From positions 39,724-103,723 of IMG/VR virus record IMGVR_UViG_3300032516_000011: a stretch of DNA of 64,000 nucleotides; one strand, written 5' to 3'. The notes under the pieces were generated by a model that saw only the letters and a list, made by a program, of their open reading frames with translations, was not told the origin of the DNA and did no database searches. The stretch is from a virus. This document shows positions 49,058-58,583 of this stretch, one piece after another. The position numbers and the translations under genes were made by a program. Each line of letters starts with the position of its first letter. Position 1 is the first letter of the stretch.

Positions 49058-50158
49058 TCAATCTTTGATATTATAAATTTCCGCCAATGTAAATCCTGTT
49101 GTTTTTTCAGCCTTGATTTTACTGAAATCTTTTTCTATTTTATTTGCCAGTGTTTTTGCCTCTTCTAAATTTAATGCCCTGGTATGAACAGTAGCATAAC
49201 ATCGTCCTGGTCTAAGAAGAGCATCGTCAATATTGGAAATACCATTAAGATTCGTGGATAGAATTATTTTTCTCTTAATTCCCGAAATCATTCCATCTGA
49301 ACCCCCTAACAACTTATACATAAAGGTATTACCATCTTTTCGACTTTTTAGATTAAAATCGATATCTTCAAGAATCATAGCATCGTAGCGTTCACCTAAA
49401 AAACGAACAAAAAATTGATCGTCTTGAAAAATCTTATCTTCCATAGAATATAAGATCGACGGATTCTTTGTACATTTAGCTTTATCCAATGAGTAATCAT
49501 ATGAATCTTCTACCTCGGTATCAGTATTCTTTAGGCTATTTTTTCTTATTCCTATGGTTTTAAGAATATGTTTAATAAGGCGCGTTTTTCCTGTTCCAGG
49601 CGGACCGATAAGTATCATTACCGGAGATTTATGATCAAGATACGCATCTATATAGGCATTAAAATTATTTATATACGGATAAGCTTCAGGATAGACCGTT
49701 TCATCTAACTCTGTTTGTAGATCGACATAATCCATACCATTGCGAGATGTGATAGCCCATGATATGTCCAATGCCATTCGCTGATGAATATACTTACTAA
49801 ATTTTTGTAACACCAGTTCTCTTAATCGTACCGTACGATCAAGTGTTGTGAGAATCCATATTTTAAATCTTACTAATGCTCCTTCATCTCTTATCACCTC
49901 AGATTTTAAAATAAATTCATCATTGATTACAATGATGCTCGCACCTCCGACACTGTAGGTTTTGCCTAAGTCAGCCATAGTATTCAAAATTTCAGCTGTC
50001 CTACATTCAAAGGTTTCTTCTATGTATATTCGTGTATCAAATGTTCCTCTTTCAATAGTTGAAAGAGCAAGGCCTTTGACGTGAATGTCAAAGACCTTTG
50101 CCAGTCCATCATATCCTTCAACTGAGAAATTTAACAGCCTAGATAATTGCTCAGGCAC
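49058..50158 (-). CDS. AAA+ ATPase
   Basis: GPPGTGKT, ILEDID, STN, DDALLRPGR. Confidence 0.85.
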   Translation of the reverse strand: MPEQLSRLLNFSVEGYDGLAKVFDIHVKGLALSTIERGTFDTRIYIEETFECRTAEILNTMADLGKTYSVGGASIIVINDEFILKSEVIRDEGALVRFKIWILTTLDRTVRLRELVLQKFSKYIHQRMALDISWAITSRNGMDYVDLQTELDETVYPEAYPYINNFNAYIDAYLDHKSPVMILIGPPGTGKTRLIKHILKTIGIRKNSLKNTDTEVEDSYDYSLDKAKCTKNPSILYSMEDKIFQDDQFFVRFLGERYDAMILEDIDFNLKSRKDGNTFMYKLLGGSDGMISGIKRKIILSTNLNGISNIDDALLRPGRCYATVHTRALNLEEAKTLANKIEKDFSKIKAEKTTGFTLAEIYNIKD

Positions 50159-50237
50159 TCTATTACTCCTGGTACATACGGCAATAAGATATGCAGTTGT
50201 ACATATATGTTCGTGATTATTACGTGAATTTTGTGTA

Positions 50238-50783
50238 TCAGGTACATCCTAATATCTCTTTTGTTTTGGCATACATGACTTCGTCGATAAAGAACATGAA
50301 TCCGTTATTTAATTCAAGCCATCCTCTTGTACGTGGGTACTCCTTTTTTTGTAAGGCTTCGTATAATTGGACCCGCTCCTTTGAACTTGTTTGTGGAGCT
50401 TTGGAACATGCTTCCTTTGCCCAGACCAAGATTCGACGACGCACTTCATTTTCGTAAGGAATCGGACAAATGTACATTATCATACCTTCGGAGGGACATA
50501 GTATGCCGCTCACCAAGTTTTTCTTATCACCCTCACGCGAAAGAAAGTTTAGTGTTTGTGAAATGCTACCATGTTCAAATTCCGCGGCACCCATGTATTC
50601 GAACGTGAAAATATTTTTTAGTGCCTTCATTGCTTCGGGGGAAAGCCCTCCGTCTTTATATCCACCACCAAATACAAAGGGGTTCACACAATTTATTGGA
50701 GGCTCCAAGCGTTGAATAAGCCAGCTATTTTCCATTTCATGTGCTTCAAGTAGCGTAAGAGGCAATTCACCTGGAAACGACAT
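50238..50783 (-). CDS. hypothetical protein
   Basis: 181 aa, FEYMGAAEFE motif. Confidence 0.65.
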   Translation of the reverse strand: MSFPGELPLTLLEAHEMENSWLIQRLEPPINCVNPFVFGGGYKDGGLSPEAMKALKNIFTFEYMGAAEFEHGSISQTLNFLSREGDKKNLVSGILCPSEGMIMYICPIPYENEVRRRILVWAKEACSKAPQTSSKERVQLYEALQKKEYPRTRGWLELNNGFMFFIDEVMYAKTKEILGCT

Positions 50784-50828
50784 AGTATTTAACCTTTCTT
50801 TTTGTTAAAGTTAGTCACTCATACTACC

Positions 50829-51056
50829 TTATACCATATTTGTCGGAGTGGGTTCCAACGTATTTATCATAGGCGCGTCAAATTTTATAGGAGGTGGTTC
50901 TACAATATCTTCAAACACTGCATCTTTAATTTCGTCTACTATAAATATCTTTCCATCATTGCGTCTTAAATGTACCGCGGAAGGGACTGCTGCATGTTCC
51001 GGCAATATATTTAAAACAACAAATTTCTTTCCTTCTATCTCTATGATTTGTTCCAT
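50829..51056 (-). CDS. hypothetical protein
   Basis: 75 aa with GGAG RBS. Confidence 0.55.
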   Translation of the reverse strand: MEQIIEIEGKKFVVLNILPEHAAVPSAVHLRRNDGKIFIVDEIKDAVFEDIVEPPPIKFDAPMINTLEPTPTNMV

Positions 51057-51404
51057 ATAGCTCCAGAATAGGTATTATTCGTTCAAATTTGACTTGTAGG
51101 ACCATTATAAGAAATGTATGGCTCGCAGTAGTTGTTTTATACTGTTTTCATCTACTATGACATCATAAACCTGCATAAACTGTATTTGTATTCGTTTCGC
51201 CAAAGAAGGTATATTCTCTCCTATATATAGTAGAGTACATTCTCGATATCCACCCGACAGTGTTTCACGTACTACTATGTCAAGCTCCTCTCCGTACTGG
51301 TCAATAGAATATATACAAGGAATAGGACTAAAGATAGCATTGCTACCTATATTGTTGGCCGGAATAAAAAAGCCACTAAATGAATATTGTGCTAATTTCA
51401 TATG

Positions 51405-51476
51405 AGCTGACTGGAAGACTCGAACTTCCAATCTGTGGTTTACAAAACCACTGCTTCACCATTAAGCTAAGTCAGC
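51405..51476 (-). tRNA. tRNA-Thr(UGU)
   Basis: anticodon arm GTGGT-TTTGTAA-ACCAC. Confidence 0.9.
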
Positions 51477-51480
51477 GAAT

Positions 51481-51638
51481 GGGGGCAAACCAGGCTTTGC
51501 ACTTGGCCCTGTTCCGGCATTCATCATCAGTAGAGTGCTTGTCACTGATGGAGCCCGCGCTTCTCGGGAACCGCACATTCACCCCAATCTCCACCGGTTT
51601 TCAGGGCCGGGGCGATACCAATTACGCTTTATGTCTCC
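51481..51638 (-). ncRNA. expanded tRNA-Ser(UGA)-like RNA
   Basis: tRNA-like D-loop AATTGGTA, CCGG-stem with CCTGAAA loop, about 85-nt structured variable region, degenerate T-arm and acceptor. Confidence 0.4.
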
Positions 51639-51650
51639 ATGTTATTCTAT

Positions 51651-51974
51651 TCATAATATTCGTCCTAATCCCCATCGTTCATATGGTATGTGGTTAGCGT
51701 TACAAGCTACCGCCATTCTATTGACTCCCGCGGGATTTAAAGATATGATGATTACTTTTTTCACGATAGCTTTATCGTGTTCGAGAAGGCCAACAAGAAA
51801 ATCATAACCATCCATTCCCATACCGAGATCGTGATCGAGATAAAGGATATCGATAATGGATTTGGTATCCAGTATAAACTCTGCTGCCTCTTCTCCTGTA
51901 CGGAAGACTTTGACGTCATCGGCATTTATTCCATACCATGCCGGATCCTTCATGTCATCTAGAAAAATTTTCAT
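51651..51974 (-). CDS. cyclic-phosphate-processing receiver-domain-like protein
   Basis: MKIFLDD...LYLDHDLG..DGYD...S.NPAG. Confidence 0.65.
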   Translation of the reverse strand: MKIFLDDMKDPAWYGINADDVKVFRTGEEAAEFILDTKSIIDILYLDHDLGMGMDGYDFLVGLLEHDKAIVKKVIIISLNPAGVNRMAVACNANHIPYERWGLGRIL

Positions 51975-52265
51975 TGGAAGGCTTTTCCTCTTTTTTATTA
52001 AATCGTTCACAAATATCGCGACAATTTTTGCCAGCCTCTTTTAATTTATATTTTATTGCCCATCCATACCAACAATTCCTACACGGATGATTTGGTATAG
52101 TCGATAATGTATAGTCTGGATGTAGTTCACATTTTATCATGGTTCTTTCCTCTTTATAGCTTTCTAACCCCCCTAACGATATGGCGAAAATTGCTGGAGC
52201 GCTTTCGTTTAGCGCACTTACAAAAGTAACACTTCCCATTTAAGGGCGTCCACCTCAGCAACTTG

Positions 52266-52339
52266 TACTCCTGACGGGGCTCGAACCCATAATTACCACC
52301 TTGAAAGGGTGGTGACTTAACCAGTTTGTCTACAGGAGC
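52266..52339 (-). tRNA. tRNA-Glu(UUC)
   Basis: anticodon arm CCACC-CTTTCAA-GGTGG. Confidence 0.9.
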
Positions 52340-52342
52340 GTG

Positions 52343-52414
52343 CTCACCCAGATGGATTTGAACCAACGACTTCGCGGTTAACAGCCGCGCGTTCTACCAC
52401 TGAACTATGGGTGA
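52343..52414 (-). tRNA. tRNA-Asn(GUU)
   Basis: anticodon arm CGCGG-CTGTTAA-CCGCG. Confidence 0.9.
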
Positions 52415-52558
52415 ATATGAAGAAGTAGTCGAGTATTTACGCCACGCTTAAACGGTCTCGATAGTTTTTACTTGGCACTACTCTTCGTATGGGGTGTTAA
52501 ACAAACTGTTGGCGCATTGCATGTCATCGCTACATGTTTGTGAGTTATATTTTTTTTG

Positions 52559-52631
52559 TGGACCTAACAGGAATCGAACCTGCGATGTCCTGATTGCAGG
52601 TCAGGTGCTCTCCCAACTGAGCTATAGGCCC
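52559..52631 (-). tRNA. tRNA-Ala(UGC)
   Basis: anticodon arm CCTGA-CCTGCAA-TCAGG; G3.U70 pair; C at position 33. Confidence 0.85.
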
Positions 52632-52717
52632 CGGGGTGGTGATGCTGGTGTGACTCATAAAGTCCTGGCTTATTCTGGTATCAGGTTCTTTTGCCTGACC
52701 GAACCAACATCATCGTA

Positions 52718-52791
52718 CACGTCAGGAGGGACTTGAACCCCCAACCTGCGGTTTTGGAGACCGCTGCTCTAGCCAATTGAGCTACTGACGT
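52718..52791 (-). tRNA. tRNA-Trp(CCA)
   Basis: anticodon arm GCGGT-CTCCAAA-ACCGC. Confidence 0.9.
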
Positions 52792-52795
52792 ATAG

Positions 52796-52866
52796 TTGCG
52801 GGAGAGGGACTTGAACCCCCAGCAACGGGTTATGAGCCCGCCAAGTTACCATTACTCCATCCCGCA
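52796..52866 (-). tRNA. tRNA-Met(CAU), initiator-like
   Basis: CGGG-CTCATAA-CCCG with three consecutive G-C pairs. Confidence 0.85.
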
Positions 52867-52879
52867 AGGATAATGTAAT

Positions 52880-52952
52880 TGGATACGAGAGCAGGACTTG
52901 AACCTGCAACTCTAGGGTGCGGCCCCAGCAAGCTACATTGCTCTATCTCGTA
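52880..52952 (-). tRNA. atypical tRNA (anticodon loop GCCGCAC)
   Basis: complete cloverleaf with encoded CCA but no U33. Confidence 0.6.
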
Positions 52953-53383
52953 TTCATATAAAGGAGGGTGGTTGCCCTTACGTTGATGAGACGTCGTTGA
53001 GTTATCAGCTCGACCTCCACCCTCAAAACGGGATGCTCTGGGCTCGACGTTCTGGGTATTTATCGCATCCTTTTGGTACATTTCCCCAGCCCACTATAGA
53101 AACAAGTCACTGACAATCCTGGAACCACATCGATTTCACGCGCTCCTGAGCTCTGTCTAGGGTTCAGTGAGTGTATGAATTATTATTACTACTGAAACAC
53201 GAATCGTATTTCATTTGAACACCGTAGCATAGAGGTTGTATACCGTATGATAGAGTGCCCATGTCTTCTTTGCGATTGTGAGTATACTTATTTCTGTTCT
53301 TGGTGCCCTTTCCTGGCCTTCCCAGGTAGCGATTCCTGTGCAACAACCCGAAGGGTGTAGCAGGGACCAAGGAAAGAGCGGTA

Positions 53384-53608
53384 TTACGAATCTATCCCAT
53401 CAAAGGAAATATGAAGGAAATGATTGTTTGCACATCTATATAGTTTTTTGCCGTCAGGTTCGGGACCATAATATTCCCACTCTTCTCCACATGTAACGCA
53501 ATATCCTTGATTCCATTTTGCTTCTTCTTTTTTTCGAGAATAATAACGTATAATTGCAATCGTAGCCGATACGCCCAATATCATTAGCGCTATTTCAATT
53601 TTAGTCAT
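53384..53608 (-). CDS. small membrane-anchored Zn-ribbon protein
   Basis: N-terminal TM helix; WNQGYCVTCG..YRC..H. Confidence 0.6.
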   Translation of the reverse strand: MTKIEIALMILGVSATIAIIRYYSRKKEEAKWNQGYCVTCGEEWEYYGPEPDGKKLYRCANNHFLHISFDGIDS

Positions 53609-53661
53609 GTGAATATCCTTTGTAAGTTAGTGGTTTATTGATCCTTTATTTATTATGTATG

Positions 53662-53735
53662 TGGGCCCTGATGGATTTGAACCAACGACCTATTGATTAT
53701 GAGTCAATTGCTCTAACCAACTGAGCTAAGGGCCC
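53662..53735 (-). tRNA. tRNA-Ile2/Met(CAU)
   Basis: anticodon arm ATTGA-CTCATAA-TCAAT; GGGCCCT acceptor typical of lysidine tRNA-Ile2. Confidence 0.85.
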
Positions 53736-53738
53736 GTG

Positions 53739-53811
53739 TGCGTGCTGAAGGACTCGAACCTCCGGCATGTACCGTGTAAGGATACCGCTCTACCAACTGA
53801 GCTAAGCACGC
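53739..53811 (-). tRNA. tRNA-Val(UAC)
   Basis: anticodon arm GTATC-CTTACAC-GGTAC; 5' end overlaps the last codons of the upstream CDS. Confidence 0.88.
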
Positions 53812-54902
53812 CACTCTACTTCCATTGAAGTTGTTTCGGCACCATAACTTCCAAACATACTTTTGAAGTCAGTGTCGAGTTCAAGTAATATATACATACC
53901 ATAATAGACTGGATCCCTTTGATCTAAGCATGTCATAACCAAATGTTTATGCATTCCTTTGGTAAAATGATTATCACATCTCAGTGCATAATTCAATAAT
54001 TCACTATCAAGCATGCTTATACGAAATTTACCTTGAAATCCATCGGATCTATTTGTTTCGTGCTCATTGTTTACAAGTTTTGGAACCTTGTCCTCATTCG
54101 TCATGAAACCATTTCCATGTCGAGTTTGATATGCTCGAGTAACATAATAGATATCTGGCTCCGGAAGTCCCAATTCTTTAATCAGCGCAATAGCATTTTT
54201 GCTCGTTGTATTACTTCGAGTGACGTGGGGGAAGAATCCAAAATCCATGTCCAATAATATACCTTGAGCTCCTTCGAAGATCACCTGCTCAAATCTATTA
54301 ATATTCAGTTGGTTTGCGGGTCTAAGCCAACGATAGTGACGAATTGTTTCTACATCTTTCAGAAACTGTGCTTTGTGTTCCAGCATAGTATCATTCAGGT
54401 ATGTGATATGGTAATAGTTCTTCATGATGTAATCTAATTTAGCATTCAGTATCGAATCATAGTATAAATCTTGAAAGTATAATTTATAGAAACTTTCATG
54501 ACGCTTAATGGTTGCTCCAAATCCTACGCCTACCGAGCCGTGAAACTTCATACTTTCTTCAGCTCGATTTGAATCAACGTCAAAAGGCGTGGTCACTGGA
54601 CATAAAGGATCAACAAATAGTTGTGGCCTTGCTGTTGTTTTTAATATCTCATATTCGTTCACTACCGCGGTAGGGTAAAAAGTACAGTACCGACTCCATA
54701 GGGTAGGTACTCCTTGAAGAGTGCCTGCCCCGAATGAGGAACAGACGTGTCTATTTCCCTTATGTACCACCGTATGACCTGCTTGGTGCCCCCCATTAAA
54801 ACGTACTACTAATGCGTCTGGATTTAAAGATGTAAGGTAAGAGACTGTTCGTCCCTTACCCTCATCCCCAAACCCTAGCCCAATCACGAGACTAGTTTTC
54901 AT
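53802..54902 (-). CDS. adenylosuccinate synthetase-like protein (PurA family)
   Basis: GLGFGDEGKG, RFNGGHQAGHTV, FEGAQGILLD..FGFFPHVTRS, Y.TRHGNG. Confidence 0.85.
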   Translation of the reverse strand: MKTSLVIGLGFGDEGKGRTVSYLTSLNPDALVVRFNGGHQAGHTVVHKGNRHVCSSFGAGTLQGVPTLWSRYCTFYPTAVVNEYEILKTTARPQLFVDPLCPVTTPFDVDSNRAEESMKFHGSVGVGFGATIKRHESFYKLYFQDLYYDSILNAKLDYIMKNYYHITYLNDTMLEHKAQFLKDVETIRHYRWLRPANQLNINRFEQVIFEGAQGILLDMDFGFFPHVTRSNTTSKNAIALIKELGLPEPDIYYVTRAYQTRHGNGFMTNEDKVPKLVNNEHETNRSDGFQGKFRISMLDSELLNYALRCDNHFTKGMHKHLVMTCLDQRDPVYYGMYILLELDTDFKSMFGSYGAETTSMEVEWRA

Positions 54903-55765
54903 AGTGTTATTTTTGGCTCTTGTTCTGATTCAGTTAGTTTAGTTACAGGAGCAATTATCCCATTTACTTGATGAGATAAAATAATATTTGAAAGAGTTTG
55001 ACTAATTTGTTTATAGTCATACACCTCAATCAAGTTTTGTCCCAATATTTGTTTCCAGGTATCGTGGCAATTTCGACCTTCATGATTAACATGAATGTGA
55101 TATACATGATTATGCGCTTGAGCTTTTGTCAAAAGTTCTTCACGTGTATAGTTTCCTTGTCCGACTGCCGTGTCTCCCATAATTTCTTTGACCGCAGAAA
55201 CCGGAAGATTTAATAAACATGGTTCGTCACCAATTGTAAATACGAATCCTTTTTGATTTCGTTTATCAAAGGAATCAATACGTGTATGGTAACCCGCAAA
55301 ATACCATGCAAGAAGATAACTTTCTCCCATATTTGCACCGCCGCCCTGTTCAAGCCACACTCTTTTTAACCACATATCCATTTCGGCATCTCCGGACTCA
55401 AATTGCCCAATTTGAAGAGGTCCTCGATCACATTCATGATCTCCGATAGCTCCAAACATAAGTGATACATCTGCTATTCCATTTTGAATAAGTGTGCCAA
55501 CTAGTTTTGGAAGCCCGTCTTTAATCATTTCGTGTGGAATATATCCCATACTACCGGTTACGTCAAGGTACAATTGTATCGGTGTGGTATTTGGGTGTTC
55601 TTTAGAATCACAAGCTTCTCTAAGCTTAATTCCTTTCGGCATCATTAAAGCATGAACACTATGATATTTGCTCTGTTCAAAAACCTCGTCACGACTCTTT
55701 GTATAATATCCCGCACTATTTGCTCGGATCGCGCGGGATGATACTGAATAGGCGCTATATCCCAT
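54899..55765 (-). CDS. vWA-like domain protein
   Basis: LDVTGSMG MIDAS motif, QFESG, GGG...ESY, FTIGDE. Confidence 0.75.
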   Translation of the reverse strand: MGYSAYSVSSRAIRANSAGYYTKSRDEVFEQSKYHSVHALMMPKGIKLREACDSKEHPNTTPIQLYLDVTGSMGYIPHEMIKDGLPKLVGTLIQNGIADVSLMFGAIGDHECDRGPLQIGQFESGDAEMDMWLKRVWLEQGGGANMGESYLLAWYFAGYHTRIDSFDKRNQKGFVFTIGDEPCLLNLPVSAVKEIMGDTAVGQGNYTREELLTKAQAHNHVYHIHVNHEGRNCHDTWKQILGQNLIEVYDYKQISQTLSNIILSHQVNGIIAPVTKLTESEQEPKITL

Positions 55766-55768
55766 TGT

Positions 55769-56128
55769 TTATTTTCCTTCAAAAAGATATTGATATCGTG
55801 TTTTAGCAATTTCTAATTTGATTTCAAGTTCGCGCAATTCAATACCAACGCGAATATCTTTGTCAACAAATGCATTTGAATTGAAATCAGATGCCAATAC
55901 TAATGAATCTGCGGTTGTGGGGCTAAGATCCAACATCGATTCGCGCTCACGTCGCAGTTGTTTAATTTTTACTTCGATATCCTCAACTGTACGTTTGTAG
56001 ATCATCTGTGCTGATTCGCCGATGGCGAGGGCGCGATCCTCACGGATTTTTTTATTGTTACGAACCAGTGAATTAATAAATGCGCCCTTCATATCGGTCG
56101 ACAATACTATTGTTGCTTCATCAGGCAT
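55769..56128 (-). CDS. coiled-coil hypothetical protein
   Basis: 119 aa with GGAG RBS. Confidence 0.65.
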   Translation of the reverse strand: MPDEATIVLSTDMKGAFINSLVRNNKKIREDRALAIGESAQMIYKRTVEDIEVKIKQLRRERESMLDLSPTTADSLVLASDFNSNAFVDKDIRVGIELRELEIKLEIAKTRYQYLFEGK

Positions 56129-56347
56129 ATGTTGTTACTCCGTTTTGATTGAATGGTTAAAAATATTGACAAGCTCTGCAATAAGCTTATCTTGAGTTTC
56201 GGAACTTTCAAAAATTACATTGTTACGTTGCATTGCTTGGGCAATTTTTTGCTCAAGCGTCTGCGGTACATACATTGGTGTTCCCATGTGTTTCCTTAAG
56301 ATGTTAATATAGGTTAATTATGTTATCTTATACCAGTAAAAAATGTG

Positions 56348-56421
56348 TGCGCCTTCCTTGATTTGAACAAGGCACCTGCGCCTTATCAGAGCGCCGCTCT
56401 AACCAAATGAGCTAAAGGCGC
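56348..56421 (-). tRNA. tRNA-Ile(GAU)
   Basis: anticodon arm GCGCT-CTGATAA-GGCGC. Confidence 0.9.
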
Positions 56422-56434
56422 GATAGTAAAAAAT

Positions 56435-56601
56435 TGGATGGCGAGGATTTCCATTGTCACCTCGCATGAACTGTTTTATCGTTCCCCGATTAGTTCTGGT
56501 GCCGGGAACGGGCTGTACTATTGCCCTTGCCGCACTAGCGTTTACTTGTCCTCGGTTTCCCCGGTATAGGTTTTTCACCCATGTCTATTCCGCCACATCC
56601 A
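56435..56601 (-). ncRNA. expanded tRNA-like RNA (about 167 nt)
   Basis: TGGATG/CATCCA acceptor, Leu-like TGGCGGAA...GTAAACGC D-arm with insert, GCGAGG/CCTCGC T-like stem. Confidence 0.5.
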
Positions 56602-56646
56602 TATTAATAAGCGCCCCAAGCATTATCTCGAGGCGCTATTCCAATT

Positions 56647-56952
56647 TTACGGTACTATATCGTAGGGATCAATACGAGTTAATTTACCCGCATCAATTAT
56701 TACTACAACAGTACTGTATTGTACTATTCTTGAGTCAAGCTTTTTCACATAAAACTGTAATACTTGGTCAAGACTATATGAATGCCCTTCAAGAACTTCA
56801 TCTACGCGCACCGATACTGAATCACATGTGATTTTCATAACAGTGGCATGAATTCTATCATGTGTAATAGGCGGTGCTGTCATCGTAACATCTGAACGTT
56901 CAGAACATCCGATAAGCAACATTGCTAATATTATGGCCAACAGATACTTCAT
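56647..56952 (-). CDS. putative lipoprotein
   Basis: MKYLLAIILAMLLIGC lipobox. Confidence 0.6.
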   Translation of the reverse strand: MKYLLAIILAMLLIGCSERSDVTMTAPPITHDRIHATVMKITCDSVSVRVDEVLEGHSYSLDQVLQFYVKKLDSRIVQYSTVVVIIDAGKLTRIDPYDIVP

Positions 56953-56991
56953 ATTTATCCCTTTCAAGGATTAAAAACACTCTACACCCTC

Positions 56992-57285
56992 TTATACCAG
57001 AACTAAATGATCTTCTTTAATACTTGCTTCTACGGCGATATTATTAGAATATATCCAGCTTACTATATACCTAAAACCCAAAGGAGTAATTTTAATATCC
57101 TGCACACACCCATAGCCAACGAACCCTCTTTGCCAGGGCCCTTTAATGATATTTACTTTATCTCCATACTGAAATTTTGCGAGCCTACACAACTCACTCT
57201 TTGTTAGATCTAACATACTTTTTTGTTTTCGTATTTCCTGTTGTATATAATTATATTGTTCAAATAATTCTTTTAATGTTTGCAT
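56992..57285 (-). CDS. hypothetical protein (KOW-like)
   Basis: FQYGDKVNIIKGPW. Confidence 0.55.
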   Translation of the reverse strand: MQTLKELFEQYNYIQQEIRKQKSMLDLTKSELCRLAKFQYGDKVNIIKGPWQRGFVGYGCVQDIKITPLGFRYIVSWIYSNNIAVEASIKEDHLVLV

Positions 57286-57349
57286 AGTGTGCCTAAAATA
57301 AAAAGGGCTTCCAGTTTCCTGAAAGCCCTTGAAAGTTGGTTAGTATTCG

Positions 57350-57757
57350 TTAGTTCAATTTATTCAACTGTTCAAAAAGCATTTCGGCTAATCCTGTAAA
57401 GGTATCTTGCATTGGAATGTGCCGCCCAAAATTAGGCGATGCAATGTAGGTTTGTACATCTGTTAATAATTGTTTGTACGCGGCCTTCACGGCATTTAAG
57501 CATTCTTGATTTGTATTACCGCCTCGTTGAAATATAACTATTGCTTCAGCATCCTTAAAAGTTAATACCGGCGTTTGTGCCAAGCCAATAGCATACTCTT
57601 GAAGAGTATCTTGAGGATCAAGAAGTGCCTCATAAAAAGCATGCGCTCGTTCGTGCAACGGCATCATTTCCCAAGGCCTCACAGTTTTAATATGAAGCGC
57701 GTATAGGAGATCCCTTAAACGAATTATCTGGGCTATATATTTATCATGGTCTGTCAT
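57350..57757 (-). CDS. hypothetical protein, near-leaderless transcript
   Basis: 135 aa with its own promoter and terminator (57300-57330). Confidence 0.65.
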   Translation of the reverse strand: MTDHDKYIAQIIRLRDLLYALHIKTVRPWEMMPLHERAHAFYEALLDPQDTLQEYAIGLAQTPVLTFKDAEAIVIFQRGGNTNQECLNAVKAAYKQLLTDVQTYIASPNFGRHIPMQDTFTGLAEMLFEQLNKLN

Positions 57758-57765
57758 AACATTAC

Positions 57766-57794
57766 ATTATACAACTTTTTTTGATTAATGTCAA
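57766..57794 (-). promoter_or_regulatory. consensus sigma70 promoter
   Basis: TTGACA-17 nt-TATAAT. Confidence 0.8.
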
Positions 57795-57795
57795 G

Positions 57796-57869
57796 TATCC
57801 CTGGAGGGACTTGAACCCCCGGCAAGCAGGTTAGAAACCTGCTGCTCTATCCAACTGAGCTACAGGGAC
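57796..57869 (-). tRNA. tRNA-Arg(UCU)
   Basis: anticodon arm GCAGG-TTTCTAA-CCTGC. Confidence 0.9.
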
Positions 57870-57872
57870 ATG

Positions 57873-57957
57873 TCCCTTAGAGAGGAGTTGAACCTCCATG
57901 CAATTGAATGCGGCAGACTCTAAATCTGCTGTGTCTTTCCAGTTTCACCACTAAGGG
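57873..57957 (-). tRNA. tRNA-Leu(UAG)
   Basis: anticodon arm GCAGA-TTTAGAG-TCTGC with long variable arm. Confidence 0.88.
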
Positions 57958-57995
57958 ATTTCTTGCGGTTATTAATCGACCACGAAGGCTCTATA

Positions 57996-58583
57996 CTATT
58001 TAACTACTTCTATCATTGTTACTGGATGGACCTCGAGTATGGACGCTCTCCAATTGTGGAGTGCCCCTGGACGATCTGCTTCTGTTGCATTTGTGTGCTC
58101 GGTATCGGCAAAGAGCCAGCCCGATATTTTTATTTTTTTATGTATGAGCATCTTTTTTAAATTCGAAGTAGACCAATCAATGCCCTTAGCTTTCATCATA
58201 GCTCTAAATCGTGGGGTCACTTCTGCAATTATACGGTATTTAGCTGTGGTGTGCTTAGCATCTGGAGTTAACGTTATGTGTGTATCCCGATCTTCCTGAT
58301 CTCGCATATGACAATTGCATGATTCGACGCCGCCCGGAGTAACGTTAAAAACATAGGCTGTAACTTCGACAGCATCTGACGAAATTACTTGGTGGAATTT
58401 ATATCTACTCATTGTGCTAAAAGTAATCTTTTTTGTTGAAACAGGAAACATGTTTTTATTTTTTAACGTGTCAATTTTGCGTATGGCCATAGTTTTTGCG
58501 TCGCCACCAGGAGGGCAATCTTTATAAAGATTTTGTGCCTGTGCCAGTGTACAGAATAATAAAGTAATAATAAATAATTTCAT
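57996..58583 (-). CDS. secreted OB-fold-like protein
   Basis: signal peptide MKLFIITLLFCTLAQA; ESCNC, DTHI, AEVTP, GWLFADTEH, EVHPV. Confidence 0.6.
   Translation of the reverse strand: MKLFIITLLFCTLAQAQNLYKDCPPGGDAKTMAIRKIDTLKNKNMFPVSTKKITFSTMSRYKFHQVISSDAVEVTAYVFNVTPGGVESCNCHMRDQEDRDTHITLTPDAKHTTAKYRIIAEVTPRFRAMMKAKGIDWSTSNLKKMLIHKKIKISGWLFADTEHTNATEADRPGALHNWRASILEVHPVTMIEVVK

Noticed and set aside
53802-54902. PurZ (2-aminoadenine DNA pathway)
   Set aside because: It retains Asp in GDEGKG, whereas PurZ has Ser at this position; no dATPase partner is visible in the window.
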